This document shows, in pieces, positions 1 through 12,800 of a DNA stretch of 64,000 bases. Location: contig JAYWIR010000029.1 in NCBI GenBank assembly GCA_036172245.1, positions 310,001 to 374,000 of the forward strand. The letters run 5' to 3'. Source of the stretch: Raillietiella orientalis. Its lineage: Eukaryota. Below the pieces are notes generated by a model. That model had not been told where the DNA came from. It ran no database searches and saw only the letters and a program-made list of their open reading frames with translations. The first letter of the stretch is position 1. Each line of letters opens with the position of its first letter. A program made the translations under genes and the position numbers.

Positions 1-1630
1 AGAGGAAAACAAAAATCCATTGAAAAGATTTTGAACCTATGAAACGTTTTGAATTTAAACTGCCGAAAAGATTAAAAAGATTCACTGTTTTGAGAACAAA
101 CCTATGTCATAGCAAGGTTCAACATGAAAATGGAAAAATCAGATTAGTGATCATGAATTTTCAACAGAGTAAAACTTTTTTCTCACACAACTAAAAGATT
201 TCTAAACGAGCTTCAACTCTTCATGAGTCTAAATGTGTGAAGATTCAGATAATCAAATGACCAGATAAAAAGTTTTATTAAATTTGGGCTTAAAGATAGT
301 GCATTAACTATGAGAATAATGGGAAGAGCTCATGATTCAGTTGCAAAGCAGTTTTATGTAATTTTCAGGAAATCACTGAAAAAGTAATCTCTTGAAAGAA
401 AAAAAAAAAGTTTCAACACACATACATAATGCAGTACAAACACAATTGTATTTTTAATGCTTGGGTCAATCATAAACGAACATTCTTTAAACGAAATGAA
501 CAAATATGATTTTGGGTATCACGAAAAGTAGTTTTTGGAAGTATTGACAGAGTAAAGATACATGCAAGCAGATTTTATCGTAACTAAATTTACAAATGTG
601 GCTTGAACTTTAACTGTAGTGTTCTCAAGGAGTTTGGATTTTTTTTTGAGATCTTTCAAACTTTCTTTATCCAAATATTTTCGAAATGACCACTGGAATT
701 ATAATTACAATGCACAATTACAAAAGTTAGAGTTGTTATTTAAAATTACGATTAAATGGGGTTTGAATGCATTAGGATACATAGATAAAAATTTAAAATA
801 GAATTGTCAGTTTGCAGATTCAATAAACAAAAATGTACTACAAAAGGGAGGTTTGCATTACTGCACAGGACAAAATGCTTACACGTTTCAATTCACAGCA
901 AAATTGTGGCTTCACAACCAAGCATGTGACTGTGCAAGCACCAGTCCATTGGACTACGGAAAAAAAATTTCAAAGTTTCAATGAAGAAGGTTGTGTTTTA
1001 GAATAAAACTGTCATGAATAATTATATAGTTTCATCATCAATAAAAATGCCAATAATAGTCCTCTAAATCAATAAATAGTACCTGTTGATAAAAGGCAAT
1101 TTAAGATTTTAAAACATTATTGGCTGTTCCATAAAGCATATCACATGCACAACAACACCTGTTCCATTCAATATGTTTATATAATACTTTCAGTTAAAGA
1201 AAACCTTCAAAAAACAGAAAATTATGAATGGTTACAAGCAGTGAAAAAGCAATAACTAAAATGAGACAACCGATTACAAGTGACACATGATAATGCACTC
1301 AATTTTCCAAGAAAAACAATTGCGAATTAAATTCATTAAGATACTCATCAAATTTCTGAAAAATTTGCATAAATACCACAACAGCATAAAAACAAATACA
1401 AATTTAGTTTCTCAAAATTACTAGCAAGAAATTACAAATGAAAAACAAAAATAACTAGATGCATTTTAGCAAAGTGACACATTAACAAATAAACCTGATA
1501 AATTAGTAATATTTGTGATTGATAATCTTAAATTTAAAACATCATGTAATTACTTTTACATTTTCTTAGTTATCTTACTGCAAATTTTGACTCCTAAATA
1601 CACAGTTTAGATTAAAAAAAACATATTTAC

Positions 1631-1720
1631 TTCTACACTGTCAATGACATCATCAGCAGCATCATCAGATGTTTCTTCATTTTCTGAATTATGCAACTCG
1701 ATATCAAAAATGCCTGCCAT
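1631..1720 (-). CDS. S6K: First coding exon of ribosomal protein S6 kinase (p70 S6K); the gene continues beyond the left edge
   Basis: Reads MAGIFDIELHNSENEETSDDAADDVIDSVE, matching the S6K N-terminus (MAGVFDIDL) with a TOS motif FDIEL and acidic stretch. Phase-0 GTAAAT donor after 1631; TTTTCAG acceptor 41 nt upstream of the ATG (exon boundary at 1761). The kinase domain is not in the window. Confidence 0.8.
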
Positions 1721-2154
1721 AGTTTCAGCTACATCTCAAAAAAAATCTTGCAACCTTATTTCTGAAAACAATGAGTGTCACAAAAATTTAATGTGTAACA
1801 TAGGTTAAAAATCCGATACTTTGAAATTATTCTTTGCATACACTGTTACAACTTTAGTATAGAAAAAATTTAACATTTTCACTATTTCTTCCCTGTTTAA
1901 TCACTAGGGGATATAAGTTCCCAATCAATTCATTGAATTCTACAGAAGAAAAAAATGAATGCCCTCCTATTTCAAGATAATTTATTTACGAAAAAAAGCT
2001 GCTCTTTAAATCCTGAAATCTGCTGAATGAGTCTAATTTAAGTATTTATTTCTAATAAACGAATAACCAATCTCTAATAATGAATAAATAGCTGACAAAT
2101 TGTTTTAATGAATAAACGACATTTAATAAATAAATAACTGAGTGGCATGACTTG

Positions 2155-2198
2155 CTAAACAGTCGTGTGAAGAGCTAACTCTTCACACGGCTGTTTAG
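2155..2198. repeat. Short inverted repeat (20-bp stem, 4-nt loop)
   Basis: ctaaacagtcgtgtgaagag-ctaa-ctcttcacacggctgtttag; 19/20 Watson-Crick pairs plus one T.G. Confidence 0.9.
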
Positions 2199-5100
2199 AA
2201 ATTAGAGAATGATGAGAGAACAAAACTCGAAATTGAAAATTTTTAATCAAATACAGAAAAGCTTAACCAAATTATTACACACACAATACTGTATATTACA
2301 TACAGGTACATATACTGCTTCATCACCATAACATTACATTATTGAGAATTACATACATTATACATTATTGTGTATTATGTAGAAAGTGAATACAAACTGT
2401 CTGATCAACAAAATTGATACAAATACATAATGCAAAATACGAATCTCCATTGCGAAATGCACTTGAGTATGAATGACATAAGTAAAAATAAACTTGGTTC
2501 AAAAAATGCATGAAAACTTCATCTTATTAACATTTTTTTAAATAAGTGGGCAATTACTGCTACTGTTGAATCAATATCCTTTACTGATGAAGCCACTTTC
2601 AAGTAATACACATACTCCGCTTAAATTACATTTAATAAAACAATGAACCGTAAACCTCGGGAATAAAACTCAAAAAGATGCACTAATTTCACAAAATATC
2701 AAGAAAAAGTACAAGAAACTAGCTTACATCATAACACAGCTTAAGTTTCATATGGCAGTTCCCAGTGCAAAAGATACCCAAGAAACAAGCGTTTTACCAA
2801 GTTACTGATCTATCAATTTTGAGCAAAATGATACATTTGTTCACTTTTACTTGGAATTTTTGCAACGGCGTGAACAATTTATTTATGAATACAAATGGGA
2901 GAGAAGTCAATCGATTTTTCATTGATAAACTAAAATTACTTTATTCTAAAATAAATACAGAAAATCTTGAGAAGCAAATTACAAAATAATCGCATAGCAG
3001 ACTCATTTGATAAAGATTATGCATGCAATATGCACTTTTTATATTCATGTAATATATTACATAAACACGAACTTTTCGTATATGTTCACACGCCGGCTAA
3101 GATATAAAATGATTGAAGAAAATAATTAAATCTGCACCCAGCTTCAAAAACAAATGGTCAAATTCAGAAATGATTCGAAAACTAGTTTACATGTGTTCCG
3201 TGCTGCGTATTTATGATGAATGCAAAAGTTGCTTTGATATCCCCTAAAAACAGGTATATATAGTTTTCTGGTGTAAAATTTTCTCCCTATATCATTCATA
3301 GGATTCAAAATCTTGCCATCTTGTATTTATTGTTCGCCAAGTATTTATGTAACATATTTATGCAGTGTTTATGAAAGATACGGAAATATTTAAAAGGGAT
3401 CATTCCCTATACTCATTCCATTATGTAACTGTTACTGATTTACTAGCTATATTATTACTGTTACATCGGTGAAAATTCTATATGCTATATCGTCTTTATC
3501 AAAGAATATGAAGGCAAGAGAATCAAAATGCATACATCGATGGTTTTTTCTAGTTCATACGCGAATCCTAAGGGAGTTTTGTGTGATAGAGATCACTGCC
3601 AATTTTTCATCATTGGTTCTGCAGAAGGCAAAGCCAATGACGAAATGCCTTAAGGACTTTGTTTCAAGCATGTTTGCTCAAATATTTCCAAGATATAGAA
3701 GTTTTCCTGAAACAAAGCTGCATTTAATATTTCAAAGCATTTTTCTTGCATTTAAAGCTTAATTCAGAGCAAGCACTTAAATGTAGCAACAATTAATGAC
3801 TGTTGCAACAGGAAAGAAGTATATTCAATTCATGGCATAGTAGGTATGCCGAACAATGTAACTAGAAACCTTTGGAAAGTTGACTAAAGATCACTTTTAA
3901 TGTATGCAGAAAGTATCCTTAGCTCGGGCGCCTTATACTGAATTCTGCTTCACTTTCTTATTAATTCCATTTTTCTCAGGAAACACATTCCAGTGAAATG
4001 AAAGTTCTCAGACAAGCATTCCCCAAATCCCTTTATACTGAGAAAACTAAATTTAAAAAGTCACAAGATCCAGGCACACACAATTAACAGCACAAATGGG
4101 AGTAAAAATCCAGTACAATTTCTGTATCTCTTTCATTCATATATTTCTCTCTTATGCTGATTCTCGCAATGCTGAATTATTAACGGTTAGCTCGTAATTA
4201 TCATGATTTAGGTTAAGTATCATGAACCTAGAATTCGTTTTCTTATGAAAGTCTTATAAAGAGTTCAGGGTCATTCTTTGCTTTGTCGAAGTAAAGAACT
4301 ACTGTTTTTTCATGAACATTTAGGTACCACTGCACTTATTTTGATCTGTTTGACTCAGTCTGGTCACCTAAGCACAAGCACAGCAAACTGTTCGGTACTG
4401 GTATTGAAATCTCCAAGGTGTAATTCCACCTAGTTGCTAGTTTATTTTTTAGGAATTACACCTAGTTAGGTGTAATTTTTAAAAAATGGTTAGAGGGATG
4501 TCGAATTTTTCATGTTTCTCAATGAACATTTGTTGCTGAACGACGCAACCCATAAATATGTGCGCCTGATTGTTTCCCACTGTTTGTGCATTCTATATGT
4601 CTTCGCTGCTGTTGCTGAAATCGGAATTGTCTTTTCAATAGAAAAATAATCCACACTCAACTGTGCCTTAATGTGCAAGTAACTCTTTCATTTATTATTT
4701 ATATTTTTGATTTATCCCTCGTGAGGAAACCATCTCATAAGGATAAACGAATACGTATTATGCATTTTCTCATTACACTGCATTGGACAACCTGCTAAGA
4801 TTCCGTGCCATAACGTAGTCCTTACATCGAAAAGACTAGTTTAAGTAGTAAAGTAGATATTTTAATGTATACATATGTTTCGTCTATCAAGTAGGAACAT
4901 GTAAACCATAAGGTTCACATATTCCTATATTTCGGATGTTCATTTGATGGCTAAAATAGAAAGCTATTAATGTCCCTTCCTCGAGTGTCCATAGTTTGAG
5001 CTTTGACTAATTTTTTTCGGTTTTCTCTTTTTTCCCTGTTTTTTTCTTCCTTCCTTCCTGGTCTCAAATAGTTCTGCTTAGTCCGCTGAAGGATGACAAT

Positions 5101-5360
5101 AAGCTGCAATCGATTCTCTGGTTCATTTTAAGGTTTCTTGCGCCTATTCCAGATCATGTTAAGTCGGAGTAAATGTATTGATGATTGTTTCATAATGATT
5201 GTAGGGTCATATTTAGTATATTGTAATTTCGATTGAATGCAAGGTTGGTGGGATACAATAGTGGAAGGTTAAATAAAATGGAGGTTTGATGTTGATTAGA
5301 TGAATTTTAAATTTGTTAAAATAGATATGTTGAAGTTAGTTTAATAGAATATTTTATTTA

Positions 5361-5402
5361 GTAAGGGCATTCGAAGTTTATATGGTCTGTATGGGTTGAT
5401 TT
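5361..5402 (-). mobile_element. Possible Penelope-like reverse transcriptase relic
   Basis: Minus strand reads KSTHTDHINFECPY, resembling the Penelope RT motif RKPTHTDRYLHF; the surrounding frame is closed by stops. Confidence 0.25.
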
Positions 5403-8400
5403 TGATTTTGATTTTTGAGTAGTAGGGTTCAACTAAACACTACTACAATATAAAATTTTTATAATCCATTAACATTCCCTTTACACTATATTCCACTCAC
5501 ATCCCATCGCTCGTTAAATTAACCCATTATCTAACAATTAAACTAACACTGCATAAGCATTAAAAAATTTTCTATAAATCGCTCACCAAACAAACCATCT
5601 CGTAACTCAGATACGACTCAACATTGGGAATTAGAGTAGAATACAGAAGCCTGCAATTGATAGATTTTTATTCCCAATTTGGATTATTTCTTGCACACCT
5701 ATGTACTGGGTTTGTTCTGCTTGTATTGCATCTTTGGAAGACTGTGTTTAAGAGTATCATTGATGATATAATTCAAATAAATGATATATGTGAACTTTAA
5801 AGGTTTTTCGCTAAGCACGAGGTATTTAATTTTTCGAGTACTGTTGGCAATAATTGGACGCTTCATGCTAAGATACGGGTTCTTTTCATGGAAGATCCGA
5901 CTTTTTTGGTTGTTGCACTGTATTTAGCAATCTGAAGCACGGATGTATCCTTTTTCAAATCTTGGATCACTATGGTGTTTCCTGCACAAGATCGATGATT
6001 TTCCGCAAACATCCGAAAAGCATTATTTGGAAGCTTATTCAGCATATTATAATCCTGGGTCCTTCTTCCGTACCTATCCAGTGTCGAAGAACGTCACCAG
6101 CTGACTGTCTCATTCAAGTAGTATTGCTTTACTGTACATCTTCCGTATGACCTTCCTCGGTATTAGTTTTATAGTTTACCTTGGCGCTTTGTTCTTCCCT
6201 TCACTCTGTACCCTGCGTCTCCAATTCATCTTCAGGTTTTCCTGTTTCCTCTAGCGATTTACCTTCCATCGCTTTCTTCAGTGAAATACTGCAGATACAG
6301 GCGACCCGCCTTGTTCGTCTTTTCACTGCTTGCTGTACATTTTCCTACTCCAACTGATATCAATACTTCTCATAGTTTTCTCAAAATACGGGTATTGAGT
6401 AGGCCAAGTTTCAAGAAATGAACGAATAACAGGATGACTTGAGCAGCAAAAGGTCGCAAAATATGATTTAGCAATAACAAAACAAAACAATAATGATGGA
6501 CGCCAATGACACAATCAGTGATGCTTTCCAAAAAGTTTCATGTAAGATGTGACATCCCTCAAGTACTCTTTACCGCTATAAAAGACAAGAAAAGAAACAA
6601 GTTGAAAGAAAAAGAAAAAAAAAACATTCTTATCAGTTTAGCATATGACCGTGTAAATCAAGGAAGCGAACTTTGAATGATTTTACATATCAAATTCGCA
6701 ACTCTGAATAGCAAAAGTTTAATTGGGTTCATCATATTTCCAGTTCAGAGGCAACAAAAACAGAAAGCCGATACAAATCATGGTCAAAATTCTATTTGGC
6801 AAATGTGCGAGCAGGAGTTGATACATGAACTGATTACATTAGTCATCTACGGAAACAATCTACAAGCACCCTACATCGTAAACAAAGTCTCAGACGGTTT
6901 GAGCAGTTTTTGGCATTTAATTGATGGTTAATTATGCTGAATTCTAAACACCCCAACTTATCTCTGAATATTTCAAAATCCATTGATCTCGAAAATTTGA
7001 AATTTTTTCTACTTGCCTTGCATGCATTTGCGCAGGAACCGAGCTATATGTTCAAAAATGCATATGCTTTGATGAAGTCTCCATGAAATTGCATTAGGCA
7101 TTTGTGCGTAAAATCTTTGAAACAAACGACCAGCTCAATTTCGAATATGCAAACGGCAACTACAAAAATGAAAGCTGCCTAACAAAATTACCATCAAGGA
7201 CACCAATAACAGCTGCGTTCTTTCCAAGAAAAGTTCCCTCGTGAGCCAAGTGGACTGAGAACGCTGTCTGAATACTTCGAGATGTACGTCCAACACTGTT
7301 CGCGCAGTTTGATCAAACAATTAATTAAAAAACATATTTGAATTTGAAAGCAGTATCTCACTTTGGAAAAAAAAAAAAAAAAGACGTTTGCTAGTTCCGA
7401 AAGGTTTTTCACCGGTGTTGTGCATACCTTATTTCGAAAAACAAGATATGAACTACATCGCTCATCTTTCATCGCTTATCGCTTCATCGCTCAAAGTTTC
7501 AAATCGGAAAACGACTGCTCTGAAGAACCGTCGACATGTCTCACAATAAAGCTAAAGAGTGAACTTCACCTCTTCAGACCAAACACGAATGTAGTTGTTT
7601 CCTAAACAATTTTAATTATAAAAGCACAAATGAATTTGCAAGTTGTGGTCCATTGTAAACAAAACGAAGGGAAATGAGAAGTACTTGGAAGTGTTGAGAT
7701 CTTATTGATTAACTTAACGGTTCCTAAAACATGGACTGGACATTTGTCATTTCTTAAACCTAAAGCTGTGGTATTTGAGATAACTCTTAAAGAATTATGC
7801 TCGGAACAGGAGAGCACAATGGGATGGTCAATAAGGTTAATTTCATGCCACACTTATCACAAGCTCAAAGATGAAGAATACCTGTAATAATACAAGTTTT
7901 GCTGGATTCCGATTTCAAAAATCTTTGAATTTATTAATATCAGTAAAAGTTTAGCGATTTTCAACAGACATCAAAGGAGAAATGGTAAAATCACAATGGC
8001 ATTATTGGAATCAAACTTCCAACTAAAAGCCACAATTCATATGGCCATACACTTGGGAAGATTTGAAATAATTAGCATTTAAATAAATGTTAACAGTTAC
8101 TATAATTCCAATGAATGCCACTGGGATATGTTCTCGACTTGAAAAAATATATTGTAGACAGTTTTTATACACAAATAATTAAAAAACAAGCAGCAGGAGC
8201 ATATCACTATTTGACAAAACTTTTTAATTCAGTGATTAAGTGGTCAATATTCCATCAAAGTTGGCTTTCAAAGTAGCCCTATGGATTCTGTACTTTACAC
8301 TACTGACCAATGAAAATGGTAAATAATGCAATGCATCCACACTGCTTGTTATGTGCTGAGAAATACTAAAACTAGTTTTCTGTCCTGAATAACCTGATTT

Positions 8401-9812
8401 TTTGGTAACTTGAACATACATTCCAGATATGTTCAATGGAATTTATTACAAGAAAAGAAAATTATGTAATAATAACTAAAAGAATCAGTACAACCACTAT
8501 CATTGAATTACTGAGAACAGCTCTGGATACTATGAAACAGATAAGTAATTCAAGCATTTCAAACTAGGAGACTTTCTTTTTCTGTACAAATGCTTACCCA
8601 CATGATCACATACTAATATTTGCTTTTTAATTACCATTGCATTGTTTATCATGTCAGTTTCCCTTCATATCAGTGGATATTATATTCTACTTGATATTTT
8701 GACTACCAATGTTCAACCTTTCTGCAATATGTTGATTTATTTTCAATAAAGATAAGCAAAGTATGAAGTAAAGTTTTATTCTATTTACAATGCAGTTATA
8801 TATATTGGAATTAAAAAATGAATGTATTTGACAGGCTACTTATTTTAATCTTTTTTTCCCCTCTGAACTATTGAAATTCTGCATCAATATAAAGAAACTA
8901 CTTCAAACATTTCATTGAAATGTAATACTTTACAGACTGTACATATTAGATGAATTAACAAGTAGAATCGACTATTATGGAAAAAGCCATTTGAACAAAT
9001 AAATGTACTCCCACTGTTTTTATACAGAATTGACTTTGAGAATTCTTATTCCAGACTTTAATTTATCAATCATGCTTTGTAACTCTGCTGAGTCACAAAC
9101 AAATGACTTTTTTGTTATTTCTTTGTTGTTAATATCACAAAATACGAGATCAATGAAATATGCTGGCTCATATACTGGATGCTGGCAATCCACCTAAAAC
9201 AGTAGGCTTTTTATTAATTTATTTTGACAGAAAATTGTAAGATTTATGAAATGTATAGCCAATTCCCTGAAGTGCAAAACGCACAAGAGTTAAACTTTAA
9301 ATGAAAATTCATACCTTCAAAATAAGATCAGTTCTCCAATCAACATCAATTAATTCCAAATTTGGCATATTTTTATAAATCTTAATAGGATTTGTAGGTT
9401 ACAATATACAGTAAGGATCGCAATTTCCCGTTTATGCAATAAGAGAACACTATAAAGCACTTAGCTGAAAACGCTAATGACTCAGTGCATATCATCTCAT
9501 TTATTTCAATATCAATTATCTCGAACCCGATCCTTGAGGCACTCATACGTTTGTATGAGCATCTCAAAAATCGTTTACAAATCCAGAAGTTCCGAAGAGG
9601 CACAGTTTTGCCACTTATGCTAATGAAAACAGCAAAAATAAGGAGGAAATCGAAAAAGAACCCAAACACTGTCTACCCTGTTTTAGTGCATCACTTAGCA
9701 TCGAAGATCCAAGACTTCTCTTAGAGCAGAAACCCTGCGAACCACCCTTATGCTTGACTGTATACGTTCACAATGGAAGTCATGTCCAAAAAGTTTTGGT
9801 ATTCCAAAAATG

Positions 9813-9838
9813 TATATATATATATATATATATATATA
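9813..9838. repeat. (TA)13 microsatellite
   Basis: Direct reading. Confidence 0.95.
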
Positions 9839-12800
9839 CTCAGGGAAAACTCAATCAAGTAGATTCATAATAACGTAGATAATAAGAGTTGACTTTCAAT
9901 CCCCCAAAGCACTCTAACTCGGTACTTGAGATAAAGTGGATTCTAATGGAAGAACAGTTTTTCCAGCATTATGCCAGTAAAACTGATAAAGAAATGTTGT
10001 GGATTCCATAAATAAAAGAATGAGAAAATGGGTGTGCTAACATTTCAAAATAACAATATTCATAGCAAATTATGAAACTGAAACAGTTATTGGATTTACA
10101 TTTACTTGGTTATTTCAGAAAGGTAGGGAAAGGGAGGGGAAGGACATCGGTTTTAAAGACGGCTGTGAATAATTTTCTGAAAACACGTGATTTTATGTTT
10201 CAAAGAACCTTTTACCCTTTCATCTGAAATCATGCAATGCTAATTCACGAAAAAACTGAAAGGAACTATTTGCACCTAGGCATTAAAAGAATCTTGCTTC
10301 CGTTCATAACTTCTATCCTGCTAATTATAATATTTTGAAAATCTCCATCGATAATTGTAATATTTAAAGTGTTATAATATTTAATAATTATATTGCATGT
10401 ATTCGTATGCTTATACATATACTTTTACAATCTTCATATCCTTTTAGAATACACTACATCGATTATTTTAGTTTAAATGATGTAAGGAGATGCATGAGTC
10501 TTCATAGCCAATTTTTGGATTTGGATGCAATTCGAGGTTCTATTCTATTGTTCATGACCGATGCAAAGTAATCACTCTTCTCTCAGAGCCTCCATTACTT
10601 TCGGAAACCTGGTGGAAGAATTCGGCCATTCAAAGTTTGCAGTCTTATCTCTACTGTCTTGATATTCCCTGGTTTTTCTTTTAAGATCCTATATTTCTTA
10701 TATTTTAAATACAACAGCAAGCGAATTTTAGTGCTGGTCATTCATGATTCTGTGTCGATAGTTTTGTCAAACTACTGATACGAAAGCTTTGGGTCAAAAA
10801 TGATTTTCACATCCTGGCTTTAGTGGTGGCTACAGTTACCAGCATCAAAATTAATTAATTGCTAAGGAAGACAAAAAAAATGGATATTTTGACAAACAAA
10901 TTTCATTAACTACTACTTTCATTTCGAAAAATGAAATGCAGATATGTAAACAATGGAGTGCTTTCCTTGCCAATTGTTATTGAGTAAATACAAATGCAAA
11001 TTGAGTCGTTTGTTCTTGTTTATTTGCAATTGTTTCTTCATGAAAATTATTCTGACATTACTTTTCCAATGGTATTAATGAGATTCTGATTACAAAAGTC
11101 TTCAGAATAAGATGGATTCTACATATCTCCGTGCCTTGAGTTTTGGTTTCGTGAACTATCAATTTTGTTCAATTGTTTATTAATTTTTATCTGGAATGAT
11201 AAGGAAATTGATGGAATTCGATTTTTGGGCTTCATTTCTTTTGTTTTTCCTTATCTCTGCCTTTTTTGGCTGTGAAGATTGCTCTTTTGCTGGGACCACT
11301 TTGCTGGTTCCCCCCTCGAAGAAGGAAATTGCAGCCCACTACCCTCACAACAAAAATTAACTTTCTATGAATCTAATAGTACTTTGTCTGTTTATCTGCT
11401 AGTGCAAGATTTTGGTTTTCCACAGTTCGCAATACTCCACGATCTGCTGAAGATTTTCCAACATTGCATTATATTGAAGTTTCAATGACTGATTGAATCG
11501 AATCATAAAATCAAACGGTGATCATAACCGTTTGAAAAATAAGCATCGAGCCGTAAACCGTTAATTAAATCACCTATCTTGTAATACGTTTGAGTTGATT
11601 ATTGTACTTGGAATATCAGTTCTGTTTCTCCGAACAGATAAAGTTGTTTTTAGTTCAACGAAATCTGAGATAAAATTATCTAACTGAACACCACGACAAT
11701 ACGTAAAGAATATGTAAAGAAATAAGTGAATTCCTAATAACTGTAAAGATGGAAAGGACAAAGATTTAGACGAAACTTCAGAGGGGGAATGCTAGGTGAA
11801 TGACAAGATTTCATGCGTATACTCTGAAAACTCCTTCTCAAGAAAACATAGGAAATACAATATTTTTCATCAGTGACTTGGAAAACTTTCAACACCTTGT
11901 TATTTGGAAATCGCAATTCTTTTTAGCATACATAAATAAAAGTCATATACTGCCATCTTAGTGCCGTTGCGGAGAAGTTATTGGGGCTACTCCAGTATGC
12001 TTCCCATTTCTAATTCAAATTTGGCGCAGTTTTTCAAAAGAGACATCAGGAGGTGTAAAGTACAGGAGATACAACCAACACGGCATGCGTCAGGAAACGA
12101 ATATCTCTATACCTTATCCCTTCAGGGTTTACTTTTTGCTATTTACATAATCTACATACTTGAAATAATTCCATGTTTTTTCTTATGATCCCTCAGAAGA
12201 GTTTGGTGAAACTGAAATAGTGATCTTTAGAATGCGACTAGTCCCATAGAGAAGTGCTGAAAAGATACTCTTGTTCCTGAAGAAGCATTTGAATGGTTTG
12301 ATAACTGAAAAGGAGTTCTCCTTTTCAGTTATCAAAGGAGAACTCCTTATTATTAATGGACGCAACGGCTTATATTGACTTTGGCCATGCCAAAGATGGC
12401 TCTCGCGATTTTTCTCTCCCAGACAAAATGAGTATTTCAATGCATTCCGAAGGCGCATATATATTCATGCTGCTGCTTTACGATTCAATATTTGAATTTT
12501 TATCAGCATTGCCTCAGTCTACAAAAGTATGAGTCTTTGTAACATTAACTTTCGTTGATGTGAATTTCTATTCGAATCATCTTCCAACCAACTCACAATT
12601 TCAAGTCAGTTTTTCACCGGTCAGTTGCTCGTTGACTTATAAAGATTAGATGAAATGAGCATATAATAATGTAAAAATAATGCAAACATATGTATTTCTG
12701 TCAGAAGGCTAGAAAAGTAAAACTAGACTGTGCTAATCACATAGGACAGCAATTCACATATAAACGTATACGAATCTTATATGTCACGGTATAGTGAGAT

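Noticed and set aside
6515..7601. Two minus-strand exon-like pieces (7570-7601, 6515-6575) joining to ETTTFVFGLKSGKEYLRDVTSYMKLFGKHH-stop
   Set aside because: Phases fit and there is faint FN3-like wording, but no upstream exons or recognisable protein could be assembled.
12183..12458. SALLYG in a minus-strand ORF, like an RTE RT C-terminal motif (similarly FGCLRKII near 5990-6020)
   Set aside because: Single short motifs without supporting neighbours.
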